Source: Carpediemonas membranifera BICM (taxonomy: Eukaryota > Protista > Fornicata). Taken from it: DNA of 64,000 nucleotides. Below, piece after piece: positions 43,175 through 52,729 of the stretch (its first letter is position 1; each line of letters opens with the position of its first letter). The notes beneath the pieces are model-generated. The model had not been told where the DNA came from, did not search any database, and worked only from the letters and a program-made list of their open reading frames with translations. The translations under genes were made by a program, and so were the position numbers. The stretch covers positions 470,214 to 534,213 of the forward strand of contig JAHDYR010000053.1 in NCBI GenBank assembly GCA_019828565.1, read 5' to 3'.

Positions 43175-44227
43175 TCACAGCTTCAGGTTCCTGGTCATCG
43201 CCCTCCACTGCCGGTCCGCTTCCATGAGCTCTTGCATCAGCGCATCGGTGCTCTCGAACCCGTCCGGAACCGCAGGCTCAGAGGCCTTCACTGCCGCGGC
43301 AGACACAAGCATCGGTTCGGGGGCGAACTGGCTGACTGTGAGACTCTCTGGGCGCTCTGGGCGATCGAGATACGACTCGACTTGACTCAGTCGAGCCCGC
43401 GAGTGCTGAGCAGACGAGGCACGGGACATCTGACGCGAAAGTGGGCGGGGGCGGGTCGTAGCGCCATGCCGCTCCGCCCTCTCATTCTCACGCCCTGCCC
43501 GCGGGCCGGTGTGGACGGCAGTCTTAGCCTGCGTTTCGTTCATCGACTCCGAGGGCTCATAATCGCCGCCCCGGGATATGGGCCGGGAGAGAGGGCGTGT
43601 GCGGTACCTAAGCGGGGGCGTCATCAGCTTCTTTAGGCGCACGTCCTTGTCAGGAGCGAAGTGGCGCTTGACGCATGAGTTTTGCTCCATGACCGATGCC
43701 CGCATCTCTCTCTGGTCTTTCTCGTGCTGTCTCTGGCGCGCAATGCGCTCCTGGTCTGCCCTGATGGACTCTAGGGCGGATGAAATCAGCCTGTGCCTCT
43801 CCCTCAACACCTGAAGCTCGTTTTCTTTGATTGGCGTGCGGCCGCGGACTCTCATGCTTTCAGACATCTCCCGCGCTGCTGTGGCTGCGAGACTGTCTAC
43901 ACGGTGGGCTGTGGAGAGCGACTTGCGGCGCATTTGGATGCTTTCGCGGTTGCTGTCGCCTAAACGAGGGAAAGTCCAGTCTGTGCCAAAGCCCTGCCGC
44001 TTAGGAGCTCTTCTAGGACCCGCAGAGCGGGAACGCGTCCTTGATGGGGTTCTAACTGGGCGATATTCTTCTACTTCGTCCGGAACTGGCTCAGGAGAAG
44101 GTTCTTTGGTTGCTGTGTCGTCAATAGCTTGAATCGAAGCATCACACATCACAATTGAAGGACTTAGAGCTTCATTGGAAGTATTTGCATCTTCTTCCGC
44201 TGGCAGAAATGGCAACCGATTTCCCAT
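43175..44227 (-). CDS. Hypothetical R/S-rich protein
   Basis: 350-codon ORF, low complexity. Confidence 0.65.
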   Translation of the reverse strand: MGNRLPFLPAEEDANTSNEALSPSIVMCDASIQAIDDTATKEPSPEPVPDEVEEYRPVRTPSRTRSRSAGPRRAPKRQGFGTDWTFPRLGDSNRESIQMRRKSLSTAHRVDSLAATAAREMSESMRVRGRTPIKENELQVLRERHRLISSALESIRADQERIARQRQHEKDQREMRASVMEQNSCVKRHFAPDKDVRLKKLMTPPLRYRTRPLSRPISRGGDYEPSESMNETQAKTAVHTGPRAGRENERAERHGATTRPRPLSRQMSRASSAQHSRARLSQVESYLDRPERPESLTVSQFAPEPMLVSAAAVKASEPAVPDGFESTDALMQELMEADRQWRAMTRNLKL

Positions 44228-44513
44228 CGGTGCAAATGCTTGCAAATTTCTCGGCTGTTGGCAGGTGTAACGCGCAGTTTAAGACATCAGTGCAATCATG
44301 CACAGAGTGATCCCCCTGCAGTATAGAACATGTTATGGATGTTTTAGACTGTTTGCCAATTCATGCGACCTGGGTCAAATGTGATCACATAATGCGGGCC
44401 AGAATAAAAAGGATGTTCACATCGCAAAAGGTCGTGAGGCGGTGGCTCCCAGAGTCCCGTGTTTTCGGAGATGGTTCGTGTGCACGAATTGCTGGAGTCG
44501 ATTTGGAGTCGAG

Positions 44514-45332
44514 ATGAGCACTGAGGAGAGAAAGCGCGTCAAGAAGGGCAAGAAGCCGAAGAAGAAGTTCAACTGGGAGTCTATGGAGACCACTACTACC
44601 GCTTCCGAGCCCGTCAAGGTTCAGCCGGAGGAGGAGAAGGATGCTGACGCGATTGCCGATGATCTTGCCAAGCAGATCGGCGAAACAATGATCCAGCAGA
44701 CCACAACTACCAAGAACGAGAACAAGGACATCCTCGATCTCGATTTCAAGCGCACCTACAAGCGCCGCTTGAAGCGCGCTCCCATCACCGACGACCAGAT
44801 CAAGGAGATGTTCGGCGACATCGCCGACGTCATCGAGAAGCCCAAGACCACCTGGGCTGATGGTGAGATGACTTATGACGATATGCTTTCACGTATCATG
44901 GGCATCCTCCGCGAGCGGCACTCGGAGCTGATGGGCGGGTCGAAGAGGATCGTCCTCCGCCCTCCCCACGTCACCCGTGAGGGCTCCAAGAAGACTGCGT
45001 TCACCAACTTTATGGAGATCTGCAAGGACCTGCGCAGAGACCACGAGCATGTGCTCGCATACCTTCTTTCCGAGCTCGGTGCTACTGGCTCGATTGACAG
45101 CAACAACGTGCTCTCCATCAAGGGTCGTTTCGTTTCCAAGCAGATCGAATCTGTGCTGAAGAAGTACATCATCGAGTTCGTCTTCTGCCAGGGCTGCAAG
45201 TCTAGCGACACCCTCCTCGTGCGTGAGAACAGGCTGTACTTTGTCCAGTGCGAGAGATGCGGTGCTCATCGCTCGGTTTCCTCCATCAAGGCCGGTTTCC
45301 AGGCCCAGGTCACACGGAGGCCGCGGAAGTAA
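44514..45332 (+). CDS. EIF2S2: Translation initiation factor eIF2 beta
   Basis: Lys boxes, REGSKKTAF.NF, ELG..GSID, IKGRF, C2-C2 zinc finger. Confidence 0.96.
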   Translation: MSTEERKRVKKGKKPKKKFNWESMETTTTASEPVKVQPEEEKDADAIADDLAKQIGETMIQQTTTTKNENKDILDLDFKRTYKRRLKRAPITDDQIKEMFGDIADVIEKPKTTWADGEMTYDDMLSRIMGILRERHSELMGGSKRIVLRPPHVTREGSKKTAFTNFMEICKDLRRDHEHVLAYLLSELGATGSIDSNNVLSIKGRFVSKQIESVLKKYIIEFVFCQGCKSSDTLLVRENRLYFVQCERCGAHRSVSSIKAGFQAQVTRRPRK

Positions 45333-45466
45333 GCAGAGTAAAGAACGGCGGAGTAGACGATGATGATTCCAACATGCGGCTGTTGATCAGCTGTTTCATG
45401 TTGTGTTTAGAGCAAGAGCCCTGGGGCATCGTCGGTTCTTTATTGCTGACTTCCGGACTCATAGCA

Positions 45467-46810
45467 ATGGCTCCTTGGAACCGGCGCGATCGCTGCACGG
45501 AGCAGAAAGTTAACAAGATCGCCTTCGTTGTACTCTCCGAGTGGTCTGATCTCTCTGGTATTACTATCAAGTGGTCCACCATTAGTGAGGAAGACGCCGC
45601 TAATGGAAAGATCATCGCCGATCACTCCTTCATGGGCTGCCACGTGGAATCCAGCATGTCAGTTCAGATGAGCAGCGATGCGTTCGATCCTTCTAACCAG
45701 GAGAAGGTCACATACGCCAACGTTCCTCGTTCTGCCCAAGGCGCCGCTGTTCCCGGCTTCCTAACCTCCGTGCAGTCCTTTAACCTCACCGTAGCGGGCA
45801 AGACGAAGCTGTACATGTGCATCTCATGCCAATTCCAAGTCAACGAGATCTTCCATGCCCTTGCCGTTGTTTGCCCCGTTACCCCAACCATACGGCATAT
45901 CGTAGCTCCAATCCAGACTGTCATGCTGGACAAGGCGATGTACATCCAGCACGCGATAGCAGAAAACATCAAGAAAGCGCCCAAGCGAGGGCCCAAGTCA
46001 GCCCCGCTCGACCAGTCCCTCAAGGACAGACTCGAACGACTGCTGCTCGACCTAAGGACAGTTACCAAGGTCAACCAGACGCTGCCCGAGCCTTCAGACC
46101 TTAGTCCGATCCCCCCAGACCTCGACGAGAAGTTCTTCAATCGGGCAGTCACTGCGTTCGTCAAGTGTCGTTTCAGCGCTATTCTTTTCGTGAGCAATAA
46201 GCGGCGTGAGCCGATTGCCCATTATCTGCAGAGCCTGTTTGTTCATCTATCGCCCCGGCCGGAGCCACACGCGAACGTGATCGACCAGGTCATCGACTAC
46301 ACACCCGGCCTGACCTCCTGTATATTCACCCAATATTATCCCGATCTCAAGCGCGAGATTGTCCAACTTTTCATGACAAACCCATACCAGGTCGCATTTA
46401 TTGACGTCGACCGCGGTACTGCGTTTACGCCTCAGTTTGCTGACGATTGCACGGATGAGGCTGCCAGGCTGAGCTATTTGAAGGATCACCATTCTCTCAC
46501 AGATAAGTCGATCAATCGGACGCAGACCGGCGTGTCTAACATGGCTGCGGGGCTCTACCATAGCTTGAAGACTGCCCGGCCGACGCTCCAGGATTCGGTC
46601 GCCAAGAGGTGGACTTGCCTTATTCTGCACAATGCGACTCGAGCAGAGTCGCTGGAGCGGGTGAAGCAGATCAAGGCGGAAGAAGACAGGCTGATGACTG
46701 TAGGGGCGGCTCTCGCCATGTCTGTGCGCCCTTCGCTGCTGGATTTGGACTTCACCCTCACTTACAAGACAAGAGTGCGGATTGCGTTCAATAGCGACAT
46801 GGCGATATGA
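45467..46810 (+). CDS. C9orf72-like DENN-domain protein
   Basis: LSEWSDLSG uDENN start; FFNRAVTAF, YTPGL, PY..AFIDVD resemble C9orf72 motifs. Confidence 0.6.
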   Translation: MAPWNRRDRCTEQKVNKIAFVVLSEWSDLSGITIKWSTISEEDAANGKIIADHSFMGCHVESSMSVQMSSDAFDPSNQEKVTYANVPRSAQGAAVPGFLTSVQSFNLTVAGKTKLYMCISCQFQVNEIFHALAVVCPVTPTIRHIVAPIQTVMLDKAMYIQHAIAENIKKAPKRGPKSAPLDQSLKDRLERLLLDLRTVTKVNQTLPEPSDLSPIPPDLDEKFFNRAVTAFVKCRFSAILFVSNKRREPIAHYLQSLFVHLSPRPEPHANVIDQVIDYTPGLTSCIFTQYYPDLKREIVQLFMTNPYQVAFIDVDRGTAFTPQFADDCTDEAARLSYLKDHHSLTDKSINRTQTGVSNMAAGLYHSLKTARPTLQDSVAKRWTCLILHNATRAESLERVKQIKAEEDRLMTVGAALAMSVRPSLLDLDFTLTYKTRVRIAFNSDMAI

Positions 46811-47092
46811 GCGTCAGATATATAGATGGCACGGATGCATAATATTGCTTGGAGCTTGTAAATTTAGGCTAGATGGGGCCAGTCTGTGGTTGGTCGTGGG
46901 CGAATTCGGACTTGACCTAAAACCTCGTTTTTCGATTTAAAAATTGCGCTACACCCCGTTCTCCAGTATTTCATGGTTCGGCAGCATATTTTACTGCTCT
47001 GACAGGGCTCCAATATATTCGTCGACACAACGTCGACACCCCCTCAATTTTTTTATGGCAGGAAAAAAGCTGTCGCGACGAGTTTGCTAGCT

Positions 47093-47693
47093 ATGGAGAA
47101 CCAGCTTCTTTTTGGTAAGTGGTTTGTTGCTTTCTTTGCGTAATTCTTATTCTAGGAGCTTTGAGGATATCAAGTGCGAGGACCTCTCCCTTGAGGACTA
47201 CATCACCGTCACTCCCCTTCGCGTTCCCCACTCCGCTGGTCGCTGGAGCACTAAGCGCTTCAAGAAGGCTTCCTGCCCCATCGTTGAGCGTCTTACCAAC
47301 TCCATGATGTACCACGGCCGCAACACCGGCAAGAAGATGATGGCCATGAAGATCGTCGAGCACACCTTCGACCTCATCCACCTCTTCACCGGTGAGAACC
47401 CCCTCCAGATCCTCGTCAACGCCGTCCAGAACTGCGGTGCCCGTGAGGATTCCACCCGTATCGGCCGTGGTGGTGTTGCCCGTCGCCAGGCCGTCGATGT
47501 CGCTCCCCTCCGCCGCGTTAACCAGTCTCTGTTCCTCCTTTCCAACGGTGCTCGTAACGCTTCCTTCCGCAACATCAAGACCATCGCTGAGTGCCTCTGC
47601 GAGGAGCTGATTGCTGCCGCCAACAACGACACCAAGTCCTACGCCCTTAAGAAGAAGGATGAGCTCGAGCGTGTTGCTGTCTCCAACCGTTAA
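47093..47693 (+). CDS. RPS5: 40S ribosomal protein S5 (uS7) (intron 47122-47155)
   Basis: Spliced [15 protein letters not shown]; [40 protein letters not shown]. Confidence 0.97.
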
Positions 47694-47766
47694 ATTGATG
47701 GTTTCGCTTCGTTTAATCGGGTTTGGGGGTTGGCGGTGGGAAGAGAAGAAACGACGATCACAAGAA

Positions 47767-48270
47767 ATGTCTGAGGGAGACATACACAAAGCCGCCGCGG
47801 GTTTCTGGCTCAGTAGGCCTCTTGTGAACATCATTCAGTTCACATATCCCGCCTATGCGTCCTTCAAGGCTCTCCAGACTGACGAACCAGACGATGATCA
47901 GCAGTGGCTGTCCTACTGGATCATTGTCGGCATATTCAACATCCTAGAGTTCTTCCTGGACATCATCATGCGGTTCCTGCCAGTTCCTTTCTACTACGAG
48001 TTCAAGATCCTCTTCCTTTTGTGGGCTCAACTCCCCTTCACCAAGGGCGCCTTCCACCTCTACAAAACCATCGTAGAGCCGTGGCTGAGGAAGTATGAGG
48101 GCTCTATTGATGAGGCCCTCGCTTCTGCTGGCTACAAGGGCAAGGTTCTTATCAAGAAGGGCCTGCATGAGCTCCTCGCTAGAGGTCAGAAGCTCACTGC
48201 CACCCAGAGCCAGCCGGGCGTGCAGTTCCAGGGTCTGGATGAGATAACAGAGTCGGAAAAGGACCAGTAA
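47767..48270 (+). CDS. REEP/Yop1/HVA22 (TB2/DP1) ER-shaping protein
   Basis: YPAYASFKAL..DDQQWLSYWII..PFYYEFK..W..LP...GA..LY. Confidence 0.92.
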   Translation: MSEGDIHKAAAGFWLSRPLVNIIQFTYPAYASFKALQTDEPDDDQQWLSYWIIVGIFNILEFFLDIIMRFLPVPFYYEFKILFLLWAQLPFTKGAFHLYKTIVEPWLRKYEGSIDEALASAGYKGKVLIKKGLHELLARGQKLTATQSQPGVQFQGLDEITESEKDQ

Positions 48271-48568
48271 ACTTATTGTACACGAATCCACAGGGTGATG
48301 AGATTGCTCCTGTGGAAGCAGATGGGTAGGGTTCTTTAGTCTCTGGTTGTCAGCAGCAAGCTGATACACTGTGAAGAGGTGGCAGCATGACTCCCGCTTC
48401 AAGGATCATCGGCCTCATTCGCCAGATTTGACCACCCCACCCGAGTCCTGGTAATTGGCTGGAATTTTTGGCACGTGAAGCAATGGATGTGTAAGATTGA
48501 TGAAGAGTCATGCCGTTGCGGTTTTGGCTCTCGACCTTTGATTCTTTCATTTTCGACAACTTTGCGGC

Positions 48569-49795
48569 ATGGAAGCGAGGTGCCAGCGGTTGGAGAGCTG
48601 CCTAAAGGAAGCACTAATAGAGAGAAACAGGCTTAGTGAATCCATTTTGGCGCATCAACAACGCACGAAGCAGCTGCAGCGACAGATCGCCGATAGTAAG
48701 GCCCGCCAGCAGCTCCTAGAGCAGCAGCAAGCAAGATCGTTTGCCCAGGAGAATTTAGAACTGAAACAACAAGTAGACCATCTTCGCCGACAGCTATCAG
48801 AACAAGCTCATCAAGTTGGGTCACGTGACGACCAAATTACGGACCTCATCGAGCAAAATATCCATCTCCAGGCAGACCTAGAGGTTTGCAAGGAGCAGAA
48901 GGAACGGAGGACTCTCATCCCAGTCAAGGAGGCGGACCTAGACCCAGACCATGTCCTTTCAGTGCTCCAAGCAGCAGTTGACCGCGCCCAGCGTCGGAAT
49001 GGGCTCGTCCAACTCAGCCCGCGTCTCCTCAGCATGCATCTAGCCTCATACACATCAATGGAGCGAGAATTTACTCGGATCAAGACTGTTTACGACGTGG
49101 CTGAAGAACAGTGGCGGAAGTACAAGAGCGAGGCAGATCACCTCCGGGGAAGTTCTACTGAAGAGCTGAATGAGTTGAGGAGCAAGCTGGACAGAGAGAC
49201 AAGGCGTGCTGCCGAGTTTATGGAACGAGCCCGAGTGGCCGAGTGTCGGGCCGAGGACTTGGCCAGTAAGTTCGGGCGGCTCAAGTCACAGCTGCGCCAA
49301 CTCATGGCGAAGAAGCCGGCCGGGCATGAGAGGGAGCGACCGACCCAGGACCCGCCCCTGCCCCCAGCCCGGTATGATCGACAGGCAAATGTACCAAGCT
49401 CTCGAGATGTGAAGCCGAGAACGTTCGAGCCTCCAGCACATAGTCACCCCACGATAGCTGCACAGCAGGCAAACTTCGCGGCACCAAGGTCGCCCTTGGC
49501 CACAAGCTTGACCAAGCCGCGCAGAAACACCCGGCCTACCGAGCCTCAGATCGCCAACACAGCCTTTGGGCCAAACGAGCATGACTTTGACTCCCAGGCT
49601 GACGAGATGTTTGAATTTATCAACGGACTCGAGACGCCGGAGTCAACCATGATGGAGTCACAGTCGCAAGTCAAGTCGCCGGGTCGACCGGATCTTGGAT
49701 ACATGCAGTGGGATGGGGACGCCGGGGCCAGGCAGTCGGGGGGCAGGGGGCGGCGGAGTAGTGTGGCATTCTCAGAGTTCAACCCAGACGTCTGA
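48569..49795 (+). CDS. Coiled-coil protein
   Basis: 408-aa ORF with an N-terminal coiled coil. Confidence 0.75.
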   Translation: MEARCQRLESCLKEALIERNRLSESILAHQQRTKQLQRQIADSKARQQLLEQQQARSFAQENLELKQQVDHLRRQLSEQAHQVGSRDDQITDLIEQNIHLQADLEVCKEQKERRTLIPVKEADLDPDHVLSVLQAAVDRAQRRNGLVQLSPRLLSMHLASYTSMEREFTRIKTVYDVAEEQWRKYKSEADHLRGSSTEELNELRSKLDRETRRAAEFMERARVAECRAEDLASKFGRLKSQLRQLMAKKPAGHERERPTQDPPLPPARYDRQANVPSSRDVKPRTFEPPAHSHPTIAAQQANFAAPRSPLATSLTKPRRNTRPTEPQIANTAFGPNEHDFDSQADEMFEFINGLETPESTMMESQSQVKSPGRPDLGYMQWDGDAGARQSGGRGRRSSVAFSEFNPDV

Positions 49796-50110
49796 GGTCG
49801 GTCCGAAAATGGGGCGTGCCTTATGATACTTAACAGCAGCCGTGTCGCTGGTGAGATCGCGCCGTCTGTCAGGCCGTTAACATGTGCATGGCATATACGT
49901 ACTACATATCGAGACACGGTGTATGTGGAGAATCAGGCGGCTGGACTGTGTAGCCAGTTTTATTATGTTAAACTATGGGGACGAGGGTTGGGATCAAGCA
50001 GAGCGTCTACTTCAGGGATGGCAAAGAGGACATCGACGTGAACACCGTGCTCTGGACAGAGCTGCTTGCCGATCATTTGATGAATGTGCAGTTTATGTCT
50101 CCACCAATGT

Positions 50111-50445
50111 GGTATTTAGAGGTTTATGTGGAGGATTCATGTAAAGGTGACTTAAGCTGTCGACCCCCCTGGGATGAACTCCAGAGGACTGAACAGGTTC
50201 AGTCTGACGGCCCACCTGTCGTACACCAGAAGGGTAGCGGACATGAGGGCGTCGACGATGGTAAGAGCGATGGTTCTGGGTGGGATCTTGGTTCTCGCTC
50301 CAGCAGAAACTAGGAATGCGGCAGCTTTGGACGCGCACATTGGGATGTTGGAGCCATCCGGCCGCGGATTGATCACAGTTGGTTTGACGCGATAGTGCTT
50401 GTACTGTTCCTTTAGACTCAACAATTCTAATCCTGCGCGGCACAC
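50111..50445 (+). repeat. Dispersed repeat immediately upstream of the Fanzor (longer copy of 16616-16791)
   Basis: Near-identical inverted match to 16616-16791; contains the hairpin GACTGAAC-AG-GTTCAGTC. Confidence 0.9.
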
Positions 50446-52291
50446 TACCTCCACTCACCCACTTCAGCCCTCGTCTGTACCATCTGGCTTTCGTGCTTTC
50501 AGTCGTCGGTCTGCACGAAATATATACACATTCACTTGCCTGCTTGCGTACGTCGCTGCATCTGCGCACGCGTTGACCCCACCGAGGACGGTCAACCTGT
50601 TCGACGAGGAGGTCCTCAAGCAGATCGTCAGCATTGCTCAGCAAAAGGTGTCGAAGGCAAAGGCAGCGGATCGGTGCAGGTGGATTGGCGACCTGGCGAT
50701 TTGGAGGGACCCTGACATAACCCCACTCGTCCGGGACTTCAGGGAAGCCTACGTTGGAATTGCAGCGCCATTTCAGAGCTGGTTGGGTGAGTACTCCACA
50801 GCCACCCGGGTCTGGCTCTCGCGCGCGTCACCCGGGTACCTGACCCGTCTTCGTGCTGGATTAGAACGGGTGCGTCCGCTCCTCCATGATCGGCCGGGTG
50901 TTCGACAGGATTTTCTCGACACCCTAGGCGAGCTCGACACTGAGGTTGCCGCCATAGCCGCCGATCATGACAGGTATCATCCTCAAATACATGCATTGCC
51001 CGAGGGGCAACGGGTGGGTCGCACTGGTACCGTGGCCGAGGCCCTCGTCGGTGTGCTGTCGTGCGTCACGCGCATGAGTGCTGCAGTGACCAAGCTGGTC
51101 ACACTCACTCGTGCCGTGAACCTCGAGCTCAGTCAGGCCCTGCCAGAGCCGAAGCTCGTCCCGTTCGTGCCGATGGCACCGGTCAGGCCTGGGTTCATGA
51201 CCCTCGAGCGCGGAGTAACAGCGCTCACCCCAGCGATGAAGAGGCGCCTCCGTGTGCACGTGAATTGGTCAGCAACTAAGAACTAGACCACTGAGCAGGT
51301 TGATAGATACGAGCGTGATCACGGCGACATCACCAAGCTCCGCAGAGTGCTCTCTGTAAAGACTGACGGGGTCTCTGTTGCTGTGACAGTTTGGGTGGGT
51401 CGCGAGAAATACCGTGGCGGTCGGGTGGCTGACCGGCCCACGTACAAAAAAGGTAGCAGCAACAAGCGGGCTCGGCTCGGTCAGGATGACGCCGAGGCTA
51501 CTCCTGCCCCGGACATTCAAGCTCTCATGGGCTTCGACCCTGGTGCTCGGTCGCTGGGCGGCTACACGATCCGCCGCCCAGACGGGCATAGTGTATCTGG
51601 CGTACTCGCTAAGTGTGGCTACACTGCCACCCCCTCTTTCCGCGTGAATATGAGCGCAGCATCGTTCAAAACGACAAGTCTAGAGGCTCTCAAACAGTCG
51701 ATTAGGTTTGTCCATGAGAATATCGTTCAGATCATCAACGAGGGGACGAGAAAGTGTTTCCGCCGTGCGACTTTTTGCCAATCACTGTCTGCGCCTGAAG
51801 CACTTCGCCCGGGCTGGACGTCAACTCCTGGATGATCTCGGCGGGCGCCCCCGGAGCCCATTCATCTCGAAGTCGCGTATGGGGCTGCACTGTTCGGTTC
51901 CGCCGGCACTCCCTCCTGTGCACCGTACCGCCACTTTGCTCGAGCACTTCCTGGCATAATGCTCCGGCACAACGTCGTCGTGAGTGTCACGATGGTCTCG
52001 GAATTCCGCACTTCCATCGTGTGCCCATACTGCAAAGCACACTTCAGACGTGTGGTGCACACACACCGCACCATGCTCTACCAGAATCCTGCGTGCGAGG
52101 GAGCTCCATGGCGCGTTGAACGGCTACGTCGGCATCCCGAGCAGAGAGACATACATCTCAATCTCTCTCACCGAGATAAGAGCGCCAGCGAGAACATCCT
52201 TTGGTGCACCTTCGATGCAACTTCAGATCAGATAGAGCAATCTCCTTTCCATTACGGCACCCAGAGAGGTGCTCTTCCTCGCTATCATTAA
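50399..52291 (+). pseudogene. Fanzor (Fanzor1-type TnpB homolog) RNA-guided endonuclease, disrupted by TAG 51284-51286 and TGA 51833-51835 (or a compensating frameshift pair)
   Basis: ORFs 50399-51286, 51347-51835 and 51959-52291 share one frame (~630 codons): KTDGVSV, GFDPG (RuvC I D 51536), EVAYG, VSEFRTSIVCPYC (RuvC II E 52001 plus Zn finger), NPAC, HRDKSASENI (RuvC III D 52175). Confidence 0.88.
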
Positions 52292-52372
52292 CTTGCTAAG
52301 TTGAGCAAGCACGCGCTGCAGCGCGCGTGATATGCTGCGCATGATTGATAGAGTATGATGAACCACACTGCG
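52280..52372 (+). ncRNA. Candidate Fanzor omegaRNA scaffold plus guide
   Basis: Stem CTATCA(52282-87)/TGATAG(52346-51) encloses hairpins CTTGCT/AGCAAG, CACGCGC/GCGCGTG and ATGC/GCAT at the 3' end of the Fanzor ORF. Confidence 0.5.
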
Positions 52373-52729
52373 ATCCTGATGCTGCTCGGATCACTCTGTG
52401 TTTTGGATTCAACAATTCTACGACGGAGCGAACTTGGACACAGTCGCAGCGACCCTTCACAAAACACTCAAGGCTGCTTCTGGTCCCCGCCCGCCCAAGA
52501 AGGCGTACATTCGCGCCGCCATCGCCGGACCCTTCATCCTGGACATGGTCCGCACCATCCACTCCTACAACCACACCGCCCAACAGGACATCTCGTTCTG
52601 CCTGAGGCAAGGCTACTCGGCCGTTGATTACTAAGCACCCCACCCGCGCCTTACCCTTTACGTGAGTTGGCTCATAAATGGATCATTCTAATCCTGCGCA
52701 CAACCAAGTATCATCGGCTCATTTGTTTC

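Noticed and set aside
50174-50395. In-frame upstream ORF as the Fanzor N-terminus
   Set aside because: It lies inside the dispersed repeat, mirrors a minus-strand ORF, ends in TAG and shows no Fanzor-like features
51284-51286. Stop-codon reassignment (TAG=Gln as in hexamitid diplomonads) to explain the Fanzor stop
   Set aside because: Conserved host genes here end in TAA/TAG at the expected positions (RPS5, eIF2beta, RPF1), so the standard code applies
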